Source: Cenarchaeum sp. (GTDB lineage: Archaea; Thermoproteota; Nitrososphaeria; Nitrososphaerales; Nitrosopumilaceae). From it: a stretch of DNA of 64,000 nucleotides. A program made the translations under genes and the position numbers. The stretch covers positions 1,056,001-1,120,000 of the forward strand of contig CBDESU010000002.1 of NCBI GenBank assembly GCA_965242695.1, read 5' to 3'. Under the pieces are notes generated by a model. The model was not told the origin of the DNA. It did not search any database and saw only the letters and a list, made by a program, of their open reading frames with translations. This document shows, one piece after another, positions 29,565-38,732 of this stretch. Each line of letters opens with the position of its first letter. The stretch's first letter is position 1.

Positions 29565-30707
29565 GTGCTGTGCCTTGGCGTCGAGAGCACGGCCCACACG
29601 TTCTCGTGCGCCGTCCTCGAGCGGGGACATACGGGCCGGATGCGCATCCTGTCGGACGTGCGGGCCGTGTACAGGCCGCCGAGCGGCGAGGGCATCCACC
29701 CGCGCGAGGCCTCTCGCCACCACGTGGACAACGCCCCGCGCGTCCTGTCCGAGTGCCTCGCAGGCGCCGGAGTCGAGTCGGCCGCCTCGCTAGACGCCGT
29801 CGCCTACGCGGCGGGGCCCGGCCTGGGCCCGTGCCTGCGCGTCGGCGCCGTCGTCGCAAGGTCGATCTCGGCGTACTATTCCGTCCCGATACACCCCGTA
29901 AACCACGCCGTCGGGCACATCGACCTCGGCATGATGCTCACAGGAGCGTCCGACCCGCTCGTCCTGCTCGTCTCGGGCGGCCACACGATGCTGCTCGCGT
30001 TCGTCGGGAACAGGTGGCGCGTGTTCGGCGAGACGCTCGACATTACCCTCGGGCAGATGTTCGACCAGTTCGGCCGCTCCCTCGGGTATCCGTCTCCGTG
30101 CGGGAGGCAGATAGAGTCGCTTGCGGGGGCGGCGGCATCGCGGGCAGACGGCGCCGGGGAAGGGGGCGCCGAGTCCCCGTACGTCCCGCTCCCGTACACG
30201 GTAAAGGGCAACGACGTGTCCCTGTCGGGGCTGCTCTCGGCGGCAAAGCGGGCCGCCGAGGAGCACGGCCCCGAGGCGGCATCGTACTCGCTGCAGGAGA
30301 CTGCATTCGCCATGGTATGCGAGGCCGTCGAGAGGGCCCTGTCGTTTACGGGCCGCACCGAGCTGCTCGTCGTAGGCGGCGTGGCAGCCAACGCGCGCCT
30401 CTCGGGAATGCTGCGCAGCGCGTGCAGGAGGCAGGGGTGCAGGCTGTACGCGGCGCCGCTAAGGTACGCCGGCGACTGCGGCTCGCAGATTGCGTGCACG
30501 GGCCTGCATGTGGCGTCCGCGCCGCCAGCGCCGCGCCCCGCGGGCCGTGGCCGCCGCGGCCGCCCCGGTCGGGCGGGCTCGGCCAAGGGCGCCGGCGTCG
30601 CCCTGCGCGACGCGTTCGTCAGGCAGTCGTGGAGGCTCGACGGGGTCGACGTAGAGTACCGCGGCGGGAGCCGCCGCCAAAGCCGCCGCGGCGCGGGCCG
30701 GGCCTAG
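29565..30707 (+). CDS. kae1: tRNA N6-threonylcarbamoyltransferase Kae1
   Basis: GVESTAHT, GIHPREA..HH, GPGLGPCLRVGA, VNHAVGH, VSGGHT, GETLDI, VGGVAAN. Confidence 0.95.
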   Translation: MLCLGVESTAHTFSCAVLERGHTGRMRILSDVRAVYRPPSGEGIHPREASRHHVDNAPRVLSECLAGAGVESAASLDAVAYAAGPGLGPCLRVGAVVARSISAYYSVPIHPVNHAVGHIDLGMMLTGASDPLVLLVSGGHTMLLAFVGNRWRVFGETLDITLGQMFDQFGRSLGYPSPCGRQIESLAGAAASRADGAGEGGAESPYVPLPYTVKGNDVSLSGLLSAAKRAAEEHGPEAASYSLQETAFAMVCEAVERALSFTGRTELLVVGGVAANARLSGMLRSACRRQGCRLYAAPLRYAGDCGSQIACTGLHVASAPPAPRPAGRGRRGRPGRAGSAKGAGVALRDAFVRQSWRLDGVDVEYRGGSRRQSRRGAGRA

Positions 30708-31078
30708 GGCTTGCCTGCGTCGCCGGCGGGGGGGCTGCCGCTGCCGGCCGCCTTTGCATCGGCCATCGCGTCCTGTATGGACTCGAGCCAGCCGCCGCTG
30801 CCGAGCACGCCGAACTTGAACGTCTCCTCGGAACCGTCGCCGCCCCTGGCCGCGCCCTTGACGCAGACCTTCTTCATGAGCAGGCCCTCCTTCCACGCGC
30901 GCGAGACGCTGCCGAGGGGCATGTCGACGACGGTCTCGCCAAACTCCTTCCTAAAGTCCATGATGCGCCCCTTTGTCTTGTCGAACGCGAGCCTCCTGTT
31001 CGTGAGCGTCAGTATGCCGACGCCGAGCCTGTCCTCGCTGCAGTCCTCCTGCCTGAGCCGCTTCTCGCCCTCTTCCAT
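30704..31078 (-). CDS. Small hypothetical protein, PH/GRAM-like
   Basis: G.LTLTNRRL.F motif, PL..V, W..SI. Confidence 0.7.
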   Translation of the reverse strand: MEEGEKRLRQEDCSEDRLGVGILTLTNRRLAFDKTKGRIMDFRKEFGETVVDMPLGSVSRAWKEGLLMKKVCVKGAARGGDGSEETFKFGVLGSGGWLESIQDAMADAKAAGSGSPPAGDAGKP

Positions 31079-31141
31079 GCCGCCGGCGCGGCGCGCCCGA
31101 ATATAAGGCACGCCCGGCGCGGCGCGCATCGGCGCCCCGCC

Positions 31142-32278
31142 CTACAACAGGCGCCGCGCCAGCTCTAGCGTCTCCTCATACTCTGGCTCGAGGACGCCCG
31201 ACGCAACGAGCCTCTCGAGCGTCTCTGGCCTCAGGCACAGGGATCCCTCGCCCCTGACATGCGGCACCAGCCCGCTGTTGCAGGCCACAGCGTCCGCGAG
31301 TATGCCGTCCCGGTGCACCTGCTTGAGCGGGGGGTCGAAGGGCGGCTCAAGCGCCACGCCGCCGCATCCGTCCGGAACAGCGGGGCTGACGACGGGAGGT
31401 TGCGGCACCGGAGCCGGCCGCCTCAGCGAGTCGAGCCACTTGCCGTGAAGCTCCGACCTTGGATCGGGCGTGTCGGGGCCAGGGTGTTCGTGGAGTGGAG
31501 GGTCGGAGGAATGGCCGTCGGCATGCCTGAAGTTGTAGTATATAGTCGAACCGCTGCTGACGGTCACAGAAATGAACGTGTAGCACTCGCCTAGCGCATA
31601 GCCGACATCCCTCATCGCGGAAAAGGGCGCTATGGGCACCAGCAGGTGGCCCTGGGCGGGATCCAGCCAGCCCCCTCGGTGCGGAAGCCCCGCGGGGATT
31701 CCCAGGTGGATCGTCTGCCTTCCCTCGCCCGGCACGAGGTCGATGCTAATTCCGCCCGCTACCCTGTACCTGAACCCCGCGACCACATCTGGCACGACGA
31801 TCACCTTGAAGTGCGTCCCCTCTGTGCTGGGCACAGAGTCTGCGGTGCCCGGCGCAAGCGCAATGGCTAGGTAAAGGCTTCTAAGATCTGCCTTGAGCCC
31901 CTCAATCTCCTCGATCTCGGACTCTAGGAATCTGATTCCGATTGTCGTTGAATCGAACCGCTCTTGGCCGCGCCTCTCCGCCGCGCCGCGATCCTCCACC
32001 TCGGGCCGGCCCGCGGGTCCCGTACCCAGCCCCTCGATCTCCTCCCTGATCCCCGCTATGCTCCTGTCGAGACCTGCGATTTCCCGTCGGACGACTTCCT
32101 CGTACTGCGCGGGATCGCCGGCGGCCCATGCAATGCCTCCGCCCGCGGGCCCGACCGCCGCAGTGGCTGCCGCAACCGCTGCGACGCAAAGCGACGTTGC
32201 CAAGTATATATCACGCACTCTTCGCGGCACATGCACAGGACGGTGTGCCATCCGGCGCATAAAAGGATGCCCATACAT
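31142..32278 (-). CDS. Secreted/membrane protein with coiled coil and C-terminal PPLKQ...C...C domain
   Basis: Hydrophobic N-terminal segment; PPLKQ...GI....V.C..GL...LC.RPET..RL motif recalled from thaumarchaeal surface proteins; start uncertain. Confidence 0.7.
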   Translation of the reverse strand: MYGHPFMRRMAHRPVHVPRRVRDIYLATSLCVAAVAAATAAVGPAGGGIAWAAGDPAQYEEVVRREIAGLDRSIAGIREEIEGLGTGPAGRPEVEDRGAAERRGQERFDSTTIGIRFLESEIEEIEGLKADLRSLYLAIALAPGTADSVPSTEGTHFKVIVVPDVVAGFRYRVAGGISIDLVPGEGRQTIHLGIPAGLPHRGGWLDPAQGHLLVPIAPFSAMRDVGYALGECYTFISVTVSSGSTIYYNFRHADGHSSDPPLHEHPGPDTPDPRSELHGKWLDSLRRPAPVPQPPVVSPAVPDGCGGVALEPPFDPPLKQVHRDGILADAVACNSGLVPHVRGEGSLCLRPETLERLVASGVLEPEYEETLELARRLL

Positions 32279-32496
32279 TGTTCAGTACGGGCCCGCTTTG
32301 GCTGGGAGAAGACGGGCACGAGAGATGCACTCTGAACTGAGTGGGGCTCCCTGCGCAGGGGCGGACGGCGGGGGCCTGTGCTCCCATTCGCGGCCCGATC
32401 CAGCCTCAGTTAGCCGCAGCACGTTGGATGCTGCCCCGCCGGCCCGCCCGCGGCGCCCCGTCCGCCCCGAGTCCCCGCCGGCCTGGTTCGTGACCT

Positions 32497-33039
32497 TCAG
32501 GCCTTCTTGATCAGCACGAACTGCGGCTGCGCCGCGTCGATATCCTCGTGCATCCGCACGTTGCTGATGATCTTGACCCTCTGGTCGAGCCACCTCTTGT
32601 ACATGTTGCGGCCCCAGCACGGCGTCGGCGCGCCCTCGATCGGCTCGCCCTCGCCGCCGCCGACCGCCTCGCAGCACGCGACGTACCTGGCGCAGACGCG
32701 GAACGCCTCGGACACGCCTGCGTCGACCATGCGGCCGTCCTCGAGGTGGTTGAAGAAGCCGTGCGTGAACACCATGTCGACGGACGCGTCGGCAAATGGC
32801 ATCGTGGCCACGCTGCCGACCCGAACGTCGGCGCCGGCCGGCAGGCGGCGCCTCGCCGCCTCGGCTATGCGCGGGTTCGAGTCCAGTCCGTGCACGGCGA
32901 CCGTATCGGGAAACTGCAAGAGGTCGTTGCCGGCGTTGCACCCAATCTCGAGGACGCTCGTGCATCGCAGCTGCACCGTCAGGTCGCGGATGAACCTGCC
33001 AAACTCCGCGTTGGCGTTCGAGTCGGCCTCGGCGGCCAT
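32497..33039 (-). CDS. Class I SAM-dependent methyltransferase
   Basis: SVLEIGCNAG, GLD, MPFADASVDMVFT. Confidence 0.85.
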   Translation of the reverse strand: MAAEADSNANAEFGRFIRDLTVQLRCTSVLEIGCNAGNDLLQFPDTVAVHGLDSNPRIAEAARRRLPAGADVRVGSVATMPFADASVDMVFTHGFFNHLEDGRMVDAGVSEAFRVCARYVACCEAVGGGEGEPIEGAPTPCWGRNMYKRWLDQRVKIISNVRMHEDIDAAQPQFVLIKKA

Positions 33040-33081
33040 GCGCTCCCAGTACGCGTCGTCCGTGCCCGCCCCCTCCCTCCG

Positions 33082-33294
33082 CTACTCCGGCCCTGGCGCC
33101 GTTCCGCCGCCGCCGCACTCGCCGCACCCGCAGGGCACGACTGCCGTGTCGAACGAGCAGTCGTGCGGCCCGTCCGACCTGCCCGAAACGGGAATCTCGC
33201 GCATGCACTCCGAGTGGCGCCCCTTGGTGCAGAACCAGCATGCGGGCGCCGCCACGGCCTCTGCCCCGCCCTCCGCGAGTCCCATCCCGTCCAC
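33082..33294 (-). CDS. Small Cys/His-rich putative metal-binding protein
   Basis: CWFC..GRH.EC...C.C.EC; in operon-like order between ilvE and the methyltransferase. Confidence 0.65.
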   Translation of the reverse strand: MDGMGLAEGGAEAVAAPACWFCTKGRHSECMREIPVSGRSDGPHDCSFDTAVVPCGCGECGGGGTAPGPE

Positions 33295-33306
33295 CCCGCG
33301 CGCGGC

Positions 33307-34224
33307 TCACCGCACCGGCGTGAGCCACGAGGCGAACCTGTCGTCCCTGCCCATTGCCGCGTCGGCAAACGACCTCTGCAGCCTTTTCGTGACGGGGCCT
33401 ATCCTGCCGTCCGATATGCGGGCCCTGTCGACGACGGCGACCGACTTTACCTCGGCGGCCGTGCCGACCATGAACACCTCGTCGGCCGTGTACAGGTCCT
33501 CCCTGTCCAGGTCGGCCTCGACGACGTCGCCGCCGTCGGACCGCATGATGCGGATGACGCTGTCGCGCGTAATCCCCTCCAGTATGCCCGACGTGAGCGG
33601 CGGCGTCGTGACCGTCCCGTCCCTGACGGCGAATATGTTCTCGGCGCTGCCCTCTGCGACCTTGCCGGCCGAGTTGAGCATGATGGCCTCGTCGTAGCCG
33701 TTCTCGAGCGCCTCGACCCTGGCAAGCGCGGCGTTGGCGTAGTTCGAGGCCGCCTTTGCCTTCATCGGCTGCGACCTAGAGTCTATGCGGACCCAGCTAG
33801 ACACCATGCACCTGGCGCCGGCGAACTTGCCGGCCCTGGACTCGCCCATCTTCCACTCCCAGCACGACACGGACAGGTCGACCCTGTTCTTGGTCGGCGT
33901 CAGGCCCATCTCGCCGTACCCGTAGTACGCGAGCGGCCGTATGTAGCACTCGCGCAGGCCGCTGGCCCTCACCGTCTTTAGTATCGCATCCGAGACCTGC
34001 CCCTTGGTGTACCGCATCTTCATAGAGTACATGCGCGCCGACCTGAACAGCCTGTCGACGTGCTCGGGCAGCCTGAACACGGCGGGGCCGCTGGCGGTGT
34101 CGTAGCAGCGCAGCCCCTCGAAGACGGCCGTCGAGTAGTGCAGCGCATGCGTCAGGACGTGCACCCTTGCGCTCTTGAACGGGACCAGCCTGCCGTTCAT
34201 CCAGATCTTGCCGGTCTCTTTCAC
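33307..34224 (-). CDS. ilvE: Branched-chain amino acid aminotransferase
   Basis: LTHALHY..AVFEG.R.Y, YIRP, K...NY, EGSAENIF, LEGITR, ADEVF..GTAAEV. Confidence 0.96.
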   Translation of the reverse strand: MKETGKIWMNGRLVPFKSARVHVLTHALHYSTAVFEGLRCYDTASGPAVFRLPEHVDRLFRSARMYSMKMRYTKGQVSDAILKTVRASGLRECYIRPLAYYGYGEMGLTPTKNRVDLSVSCWEWKMGESRAGKFAGARCMVSSWVRIDSRSQPMKAKAASNYANAALARVEALENGYDEAIMLNSAGKVAEGSAENIFAVRDGTVTTPPLTSGILEGITRDSVIRIMRSDGGDVVEADLDREDLYTADEVFMVGTAAEVKSVAVVDRARISDGRIGPVTKRLQRSFADAAMGRDDRFASWLTPVR

Positions 34225-34342
34225 GGGGCGCCGGCCGCGGCGCCGCCTTAAAGAGTTGGCGCGTACGAGGTCAGATCCCCCTACGCTGGGAGTCAAGATG
34301 TTGTGACTCCCCCCGTCTTATGGTCGCGCCACAAGGCGTGTC

Positions 34343-36742
34343 GTGCATTGTGAGCATGGGTGCCATGTCAGGATCGCCGAGCTCGAAGCGAGAGTTGACG
34401 AGATGGAGGGCGTTGCGAGGCGGGAGCGCGAGGACAAGGAGAAGGCGCTTGCCGCATGCCAGTTCGTCCAGGACCGCCTGGAATTTATCGAGCCGATGTA
34501 CTGTACCGTGCGCCGCGACAACGAGGGCCTGTGGGCGGCCATTGCATCCATGCGGACGAGGCTGCGGGGCGAGGAGGCGGGGCGGGCAGAGGCCGAGGAG
34601 GAGCGCGACATGTACCGCGGCGCGGCGGCCGAGGCCCAGTCCCTCCGGGGGCAGCTGGCCGCCGAGACGGATGCCCGGCTCAATGCGGAGGATCACTGCC
34701 GGACGCTGATCAGCCATCTCCGCGTCGATCCGCGCACGGGCAGGACGGTGTACAGGAACGGGCCCAACACGCCGTCGTCGGCGCGCAAAAAGGCGGCAGT
34801 GGAGCAGGCGGCGGCGGCCGACGGCCGGCAGGGGGGCTCGGCAGGAGGAGGGAGAGGCGGCGGCGGCGTGAGGAGGAGGCGCACCGTGCCGGGAAGGCCC
34901 GGCGGCAGGCCGGGCCACCAGGGCCACGGACGCTCCTACAAGCCGACAAGGACGGTACGCAACAACCTCCCGCGAAACCCCGACGGGACGCTGGCCCTGC
35001 AGCCGTGCAGGTGCGGCGGGGGCCACTGGGAGCTTGTCAACAACGAGGGGCGGATCATCCTGGATCTGCGCTACATCCTCGAGTGCATAAAGTCCGTCCG
35101 GGAGATGGCCAAGTGCACCGGCTGCGGCGCGATGCGCCCGGCCGTCGACGGGCTGCCTGCAAAGGGCAGCTGGAGCCGCCCCCTGTGCGGCTTTGGCGCG
35201 TCGCTTCGGGCCCACAAGATGAGCAACGGCGACATCTCAGATGTGCTCACCGACATGGCCCCTCCGGGGATCAAGGTGACAAAGTCGAACGTGGTCGACT
35301 CGCTCGGAAGGATCTGCGATGCGTCAAGGCCCCACTCGGAGGCCATACTCTCGAAGATCAACGACGAGGCGGTGGTCTACGAGGACGAGACGACGTCGCT
35401 TGCGGTGCCGCCCAGGCACACGGCCGAGCGGGCCGAGAAGCTTGCCGTTGCGGGGTCGATCAGCGCGGCCCTGATCGCATCCGTCCCGCCAAGCGGACTG
35501 CCGGCCGTGCTTGCGGTCGATCCCTCGGCCTCGTCGTGGCCAGTCTCGGCTGCCCTGGACGCCAATGCGGCCCTTGGGCTGGAAGACTATGACTGCGCCC
35601 TCGGCATCCCGCCGCCCAGCGCGGCGGGGCCCGGCCCGCCGGCATCGGCGCCCTCGGCGCCCTCGGCTGCCGCATCGGGGCTGGAAGAGGGTCGCGGCGG
35701 CGGCGGCGGCGGCGGCGCTGGCGCCCTCGGCATCCCGCCGCCCAGCGCGGCGGGGCCCGGCCCGCCGGCATCGGCGCTGGAAGGAGAGTGGAACGGCCGC
35801 GTTGCCGCCCCCGCCGCCGCCCGCCCCCGCTGCCAGGCCTCCTCGCACCCCAATGGAGCGGCGGGCCTGCTGGCGGCTGCACTGGCGGCGGCGGCAGACG
35901 GCATGCCCGGGCGGCCTGCGGCCGCGGCCGCGGCCCGGTGGCCGAGCCTCGGGGATGCGGCCGCGGCCGCGGCCGCAGGCATCTCGGCCGCCTCGCTGAT
36001 CGACGCGGCGGCCCGCACGGCCGCCGGCATCGGGCCGGACGAGGACCTGGTCGGGGCCGCGGCGGAGGCGTGCCTCCGGGACGGCTCGGCCGACGGCTCG
36101 GGATGGGTATGGGTATTTGCGGCCGCCAGCGGCCTCGTCGCCTACCGGTTTGGGCTGACCCGCGCGGGCGACATGCACGACAAGTACATGGCGGGATTCA
36201 AGGGAATCCTCGTCTCCGACCGGTTCCCGGTGTACCGGAGCAGGTTCGAGGCCGACGGCAGGCTCCAGCTGTGCTGGGCCCACGAGCTTCGCGACATAGC
36301 CGAGGCCGCGATACGGCCGGGATCGTCGCTGGCCGTCAGGCGCCTGTACCGGGACGTGCTGGGCGTGTTCAGGGCCGCCAGGGATGCGGCCGCCGACGCC
36401 GGCATTCCCCGCACGGGGGAGCTGCGGGCCATGCACGAGAAGCGCCTGGACGACGTGCTCGACAGGTACCGCGGGTGCGGGGAGGAGGATGCGGAGAGGA
36501 TGGTGGCCATGCTGGACCGGGACAAGCGGTCCCTGTTTACATTCCTAGAGCACGAGGGGGTCGAGCCGACCAACAACAGGGCCGAGAGGGCCCTCCGCTA
36601 CATCGTCCTGCTGCGCAAGATATTCGGACAGATCAAGGGCGGCCGGATATCCATGGAGCGGTGGGGCCACTTTGCCACGTGCGTGATGAGCTGGCGGGCC
36701 CAGGGCAAGTCGATAATGGCAGAGGTCGCCCGGATCATGTAG
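34343..36742 (+). CDS. IS66-family DDE transposase (TnpC-like) with low-complexity insertion
   Basis: Coiled coil, PGGRPGHQG, Cys motifs, EDET, WVWVF, LVSDRFPVY, QLCWAH.LR, EPTNNRAERALR. Confidence 0.9.
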   Translation: MHCEHGCHVRIAELEARVDEMEGVARREREDKEKALAACQFVQDRLEFIEPMYCTVRRDNEGLWAAIASMRTRLRGEEAGRAEAEEERDMYRGAAAEAQSLRGQLAAETDARLNAEDHCRTLISHLRVDPRTGRTVYRNGPNTPSSARKKAAVEQAAAADGRQGGSAGGGRGGGGVRRRRTVPGRPGGRPGHQGHGRSYKPTRTVRNNLPRNPDGTLALQPCRCGGGHWELVNNEGRIILDLRYILECIKSVREMAKCTGCGAMRPAVDGLPAKGSWSRPLCGFGASLRAHKMSNGDISDVLTDMAPPGIKVTKSNVVDSLGRICDASRPHSEAILSKINDEAVVYEDETTSLAVPPRHTAERAEKLAVAGSISAALIASVPPSGLPAVLAVDPSASSWPVSAALDANAALGLEDYDCALGIPPPSAAGPGPPASAPSAPSAAASGLEEGRGGGGGGGAGALGIPPPSAAGPGPPASALEGEWNGRVAAPAAARPRCQASSHPNGAAGLLAAALAAAADGMPGRPAAAAAARWPSLGDAAAAAAAGISAASLIDAAARTAAGIGPDEDLVGAAAEACLRDGSADGSGWVWVFAAASGLVAYRFGLTRAGDMHDKYMAGFKGILVSDRFPVYRSRFEADGRLQLCWAHELRDIAEAAIRPGSSLAVRRLYRDVLGVFRAARDAAADAGIPRTGELRAMHEKRLDDVLDRYRGCGEEDAERMVAMLDRDKRSLFTFLEHEGVEPTNNRAERALRYIVLLRKIFGQIKGGRISMERWGHFATCVMSWRAQGKSIMAEVARIM

Positions 36743-37115
36743 CCGGGGCGGCGGACCGGCCGGCCCTTCCGCCGTCCGGCCTCCTCTTCTCCTTCTTCTT
36801 CCCGCCGCCCTTCCCGCTCCCCCCGCCGCCCCGCCAGCTTGCAGCGACTGCGGCCGCGGCCGCGGGGCCGAGCTCTGCCTTGATCCGCGCCGTCTCGGCC
36901 TTGATCCGCGCCGTCTCGGCCCTGACGCGGGCTATCTCTTCCATGTACCAGGCCCTGTCGCCGAGCAGCTGCTCGCGCAGGCGCATCTGCTCCTTGATGC
37001 CCTCCTCAAAGAGCCCGACCTTGGCCATCTTCTCTGCCGCCATGGCGGCCAGCATCCTACTGGCCATCCGATCGCTCGCTATGGATCGCCGGAGCTCGTC
37101 CTCCCTGTCGCACAT
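36735..37115 (-). CDS. Coiled-coil accessory ORF inside the IS66 element
   Basis: ATG 80 nt inside the right TIR; heptad repeats (AETARIK)2; basic tail. Confidence 0.6.
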   Translation of the reverse strand: MCDREDELRRSIASDRMASRMLAAMAAEKMAKVGLFEEGIKEQMRLREQLLGDRAWYMEEIARVRAETARIKAETARIKAELGPAAAAAVAASWRGGGGSGKGGGKKKEKRRPDGGRAGRSAAPAT

Positions 37116-37226
37116 GCCGCACGATCCCGTGTTGCCGCTAGGGTCGCCGTGTCAACATCCTTCTGTCCTGCGGTAAGGGGGATCTGACCACGTACGTTGG
37201 CGCGGCGCCCCCTGCCGGGGCCCCGC

Positions 37227-37312
37227 GGCCGGCGCGGGCGGGGCGGATGTGGCCGGCGCGGGCGGGGCGGATGTGGCCGGCGCGGGCGGGGCGGATGTGG
37301 CCGGCGCGGGCG
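37227..37312 (+). repeat. 24-bp tandem repeat, ~3.6 copies (GGCCGGCGCGGGCGGGGCGGATGT)
   Basis: Perfect units at 37227, 37251, 37275 and a partial unit at 37299. Confidence 0.9.
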
Positions 37313-37373
37313 CGCGCCGGGGGCCGCCGTGGGCCCGCGGCCGCTTATTTAGCGCGGGGGCGGGCGGCCATAC

Positions 37374-38414
37374 ATGCGCGGGATGCGGGGCGCAACGGAG
37401 GGGCTGCCCGCGGCTGCGGCCACTGCGACCGCCCTTGCCGTCGCGGCTGCCGCTGCCGCATGGGCGCCGGCCGATCTAGCCTGCCTGGATCCGAGGCCGC
37501 AGTGCGGCGGCATCGCCGCCCCGCAGTGCGCCGCGGCGCAGCATTCGGCGCGAATGTCCATTGCGGTGACGCTCGCCGACGACGTCCTGGTGATGGGCGA
37601 CGGCGGCGTCCACCTGCGCGGAGACGTCGCCGTGCACAACTACGACCCGCGCGAGGGCCACCTGTTCCAAGAGATCAGGGCCGAGCCGTCCGGCCGCGTC
37701 GTCTCAAAGTCCAAGATCTTTACGAGGACCGGCTCGGACGGCGAGTGGGTCGCCCAGGTCGGCGCCGTGCTGAGGCCCGAGGACTACCCGCCGGGCGGCT
37801 ACTCGATCGGGGTGGTGACGGAGTCTGGCCTGCGGTCGCCGCGGGCGGCGTTTGCAGTGTCTGCCGGGCCGGCGGGGGCGGATGATGCCGCTCCCCCGCC
37901 TCCGCCGCAGCGGCAGCCCGACGGGCCCCCTGCGGCGCTCGAGCCGATCGCCGATGCGGTTCCCGCAGAGGTGGCCGAGATGCTGCAGGGTGCGCCGGCC
38001 GGAATGTCGCGGCTCGACGTGCCGCCCGAGCTGCCCGAGCTGCCCGAGCTGCCCGAGCTGCCCGAGCTGCCCGAGCTGCCCGGGCCCGACGATGCGGCCT
38101 CTGCCCCTTCTCCGGACGCCGCTCCCCCTACGCCAGTAGCGGACGCCCCCGATGCGCCCCTCCCCCCCGATGCTGCCCCCGTCCGCCCCTTCGTGCCGGC
38201 GACTCGGCCCGCCCCCGCAGCCGCGGACCCGCCCCCCGACCCCGACAGCGGCATCCTCGGCCACCTCGCAGGCCTGCTCACCGCCAGCTACCTAGTGACG
38301 ATCATCGTGTCCGTAATCATCTCGTTCGCCGTCATGTTCGCCGTCAGGACGGCCATCCGGCGCGCGATGCGCCGCAGGGCCTCTAGGGCTCCCAGGGCGG
38401 CGCGCCGGCCCTAG
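37374..38414 (+). CDS. Surface protein with Pro-rich stalk, (PEL)6 repeat and C-terminal TM anchor
   Basis: Signal-like N-terminus; CCCGAGCTG x6 at 38025-38078; TM YLVTIIVSVIISFAVMFAV followed by a basic tail. Confidence 0.78.
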   Translation: MRGMRGATEGLPAAAATATALAVAAAAAAWAPADLACLDPRPQCGGIAAPQCAAAQHSARMSIAVTLADDVLVMGDGGVHLRGDVAVHNYDPREGHLFQEIRAEPSGRVVSKSKIFTRTGSDGEWVAQVGAVLRPEDYPPGGYSIGVVTESGLRSPRAAFAVSAGPAGADDAAPPPPPQRQPDGPPAALEPIADAVPAEVAEMLQGAPAGMSRLDVPPELPELPELPELPELPELPGPDDAASAPSPDAAPPTPVADAPDAPLPPDAAPVRPFVPATRPAPAAADPPPDPDSGILGHLAGLLTASYLVTIIVSVIISFAVMFAVRTAIRRAMRRRASRAPRAARRP

Positions 38415-38732
38415 AGAAGCCCCGCCGGGGCCGTCCTAGGCGTCCCGGCACCCCTCCCGCACGGCATCTATATTGATCAGGCATATATACCAGGCCCGCG
38501 CCTGTAGTCCAACGCGTGTTTTGGGTAACGCCGGGGCCGATTCTAGATGGGGCCCGAGAAGAAACCCAGCGTTGGAGGACCGGCCCAGAGCCGGCGGTCC
38601 AACATACAACAACACGGCGGCACTCCGCCGTGTATCATCCTCTGCGGGGCCGGCGCCCGCCCTCCGACCTGGCCGCCGGCACTCCGCCTGCAGAGCGCCT
38701 GGATGCGGGGGCGGGGCCCCCTCCCGCGCCCG

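Larger units (their letters stand above)
34263..37195. mobile_element. Complete IS66-family insertion sequence (2933 bp)
   Basis: TIRs GTACGAGGTCAGATCCCCCTAC and (reverse complement) GTACGTGGTCAGATCCCCCTTAC; exact 8-bp TSD GTTGGCGC at 34255-34262 and 37196-37203. Confidence 0.93.

Noticed and set aside
35393-36100. Intein in the IS66 transposase
   Set aside because: No intein N-terminal C/S block, no C-terminal HN-C/S/T motif and no LAGLIDADG motifs
37227-37312. Repeat array as a possible CRISPR
   Set aside because: Units are head-to-tail with no spacers; no cas genes in the window
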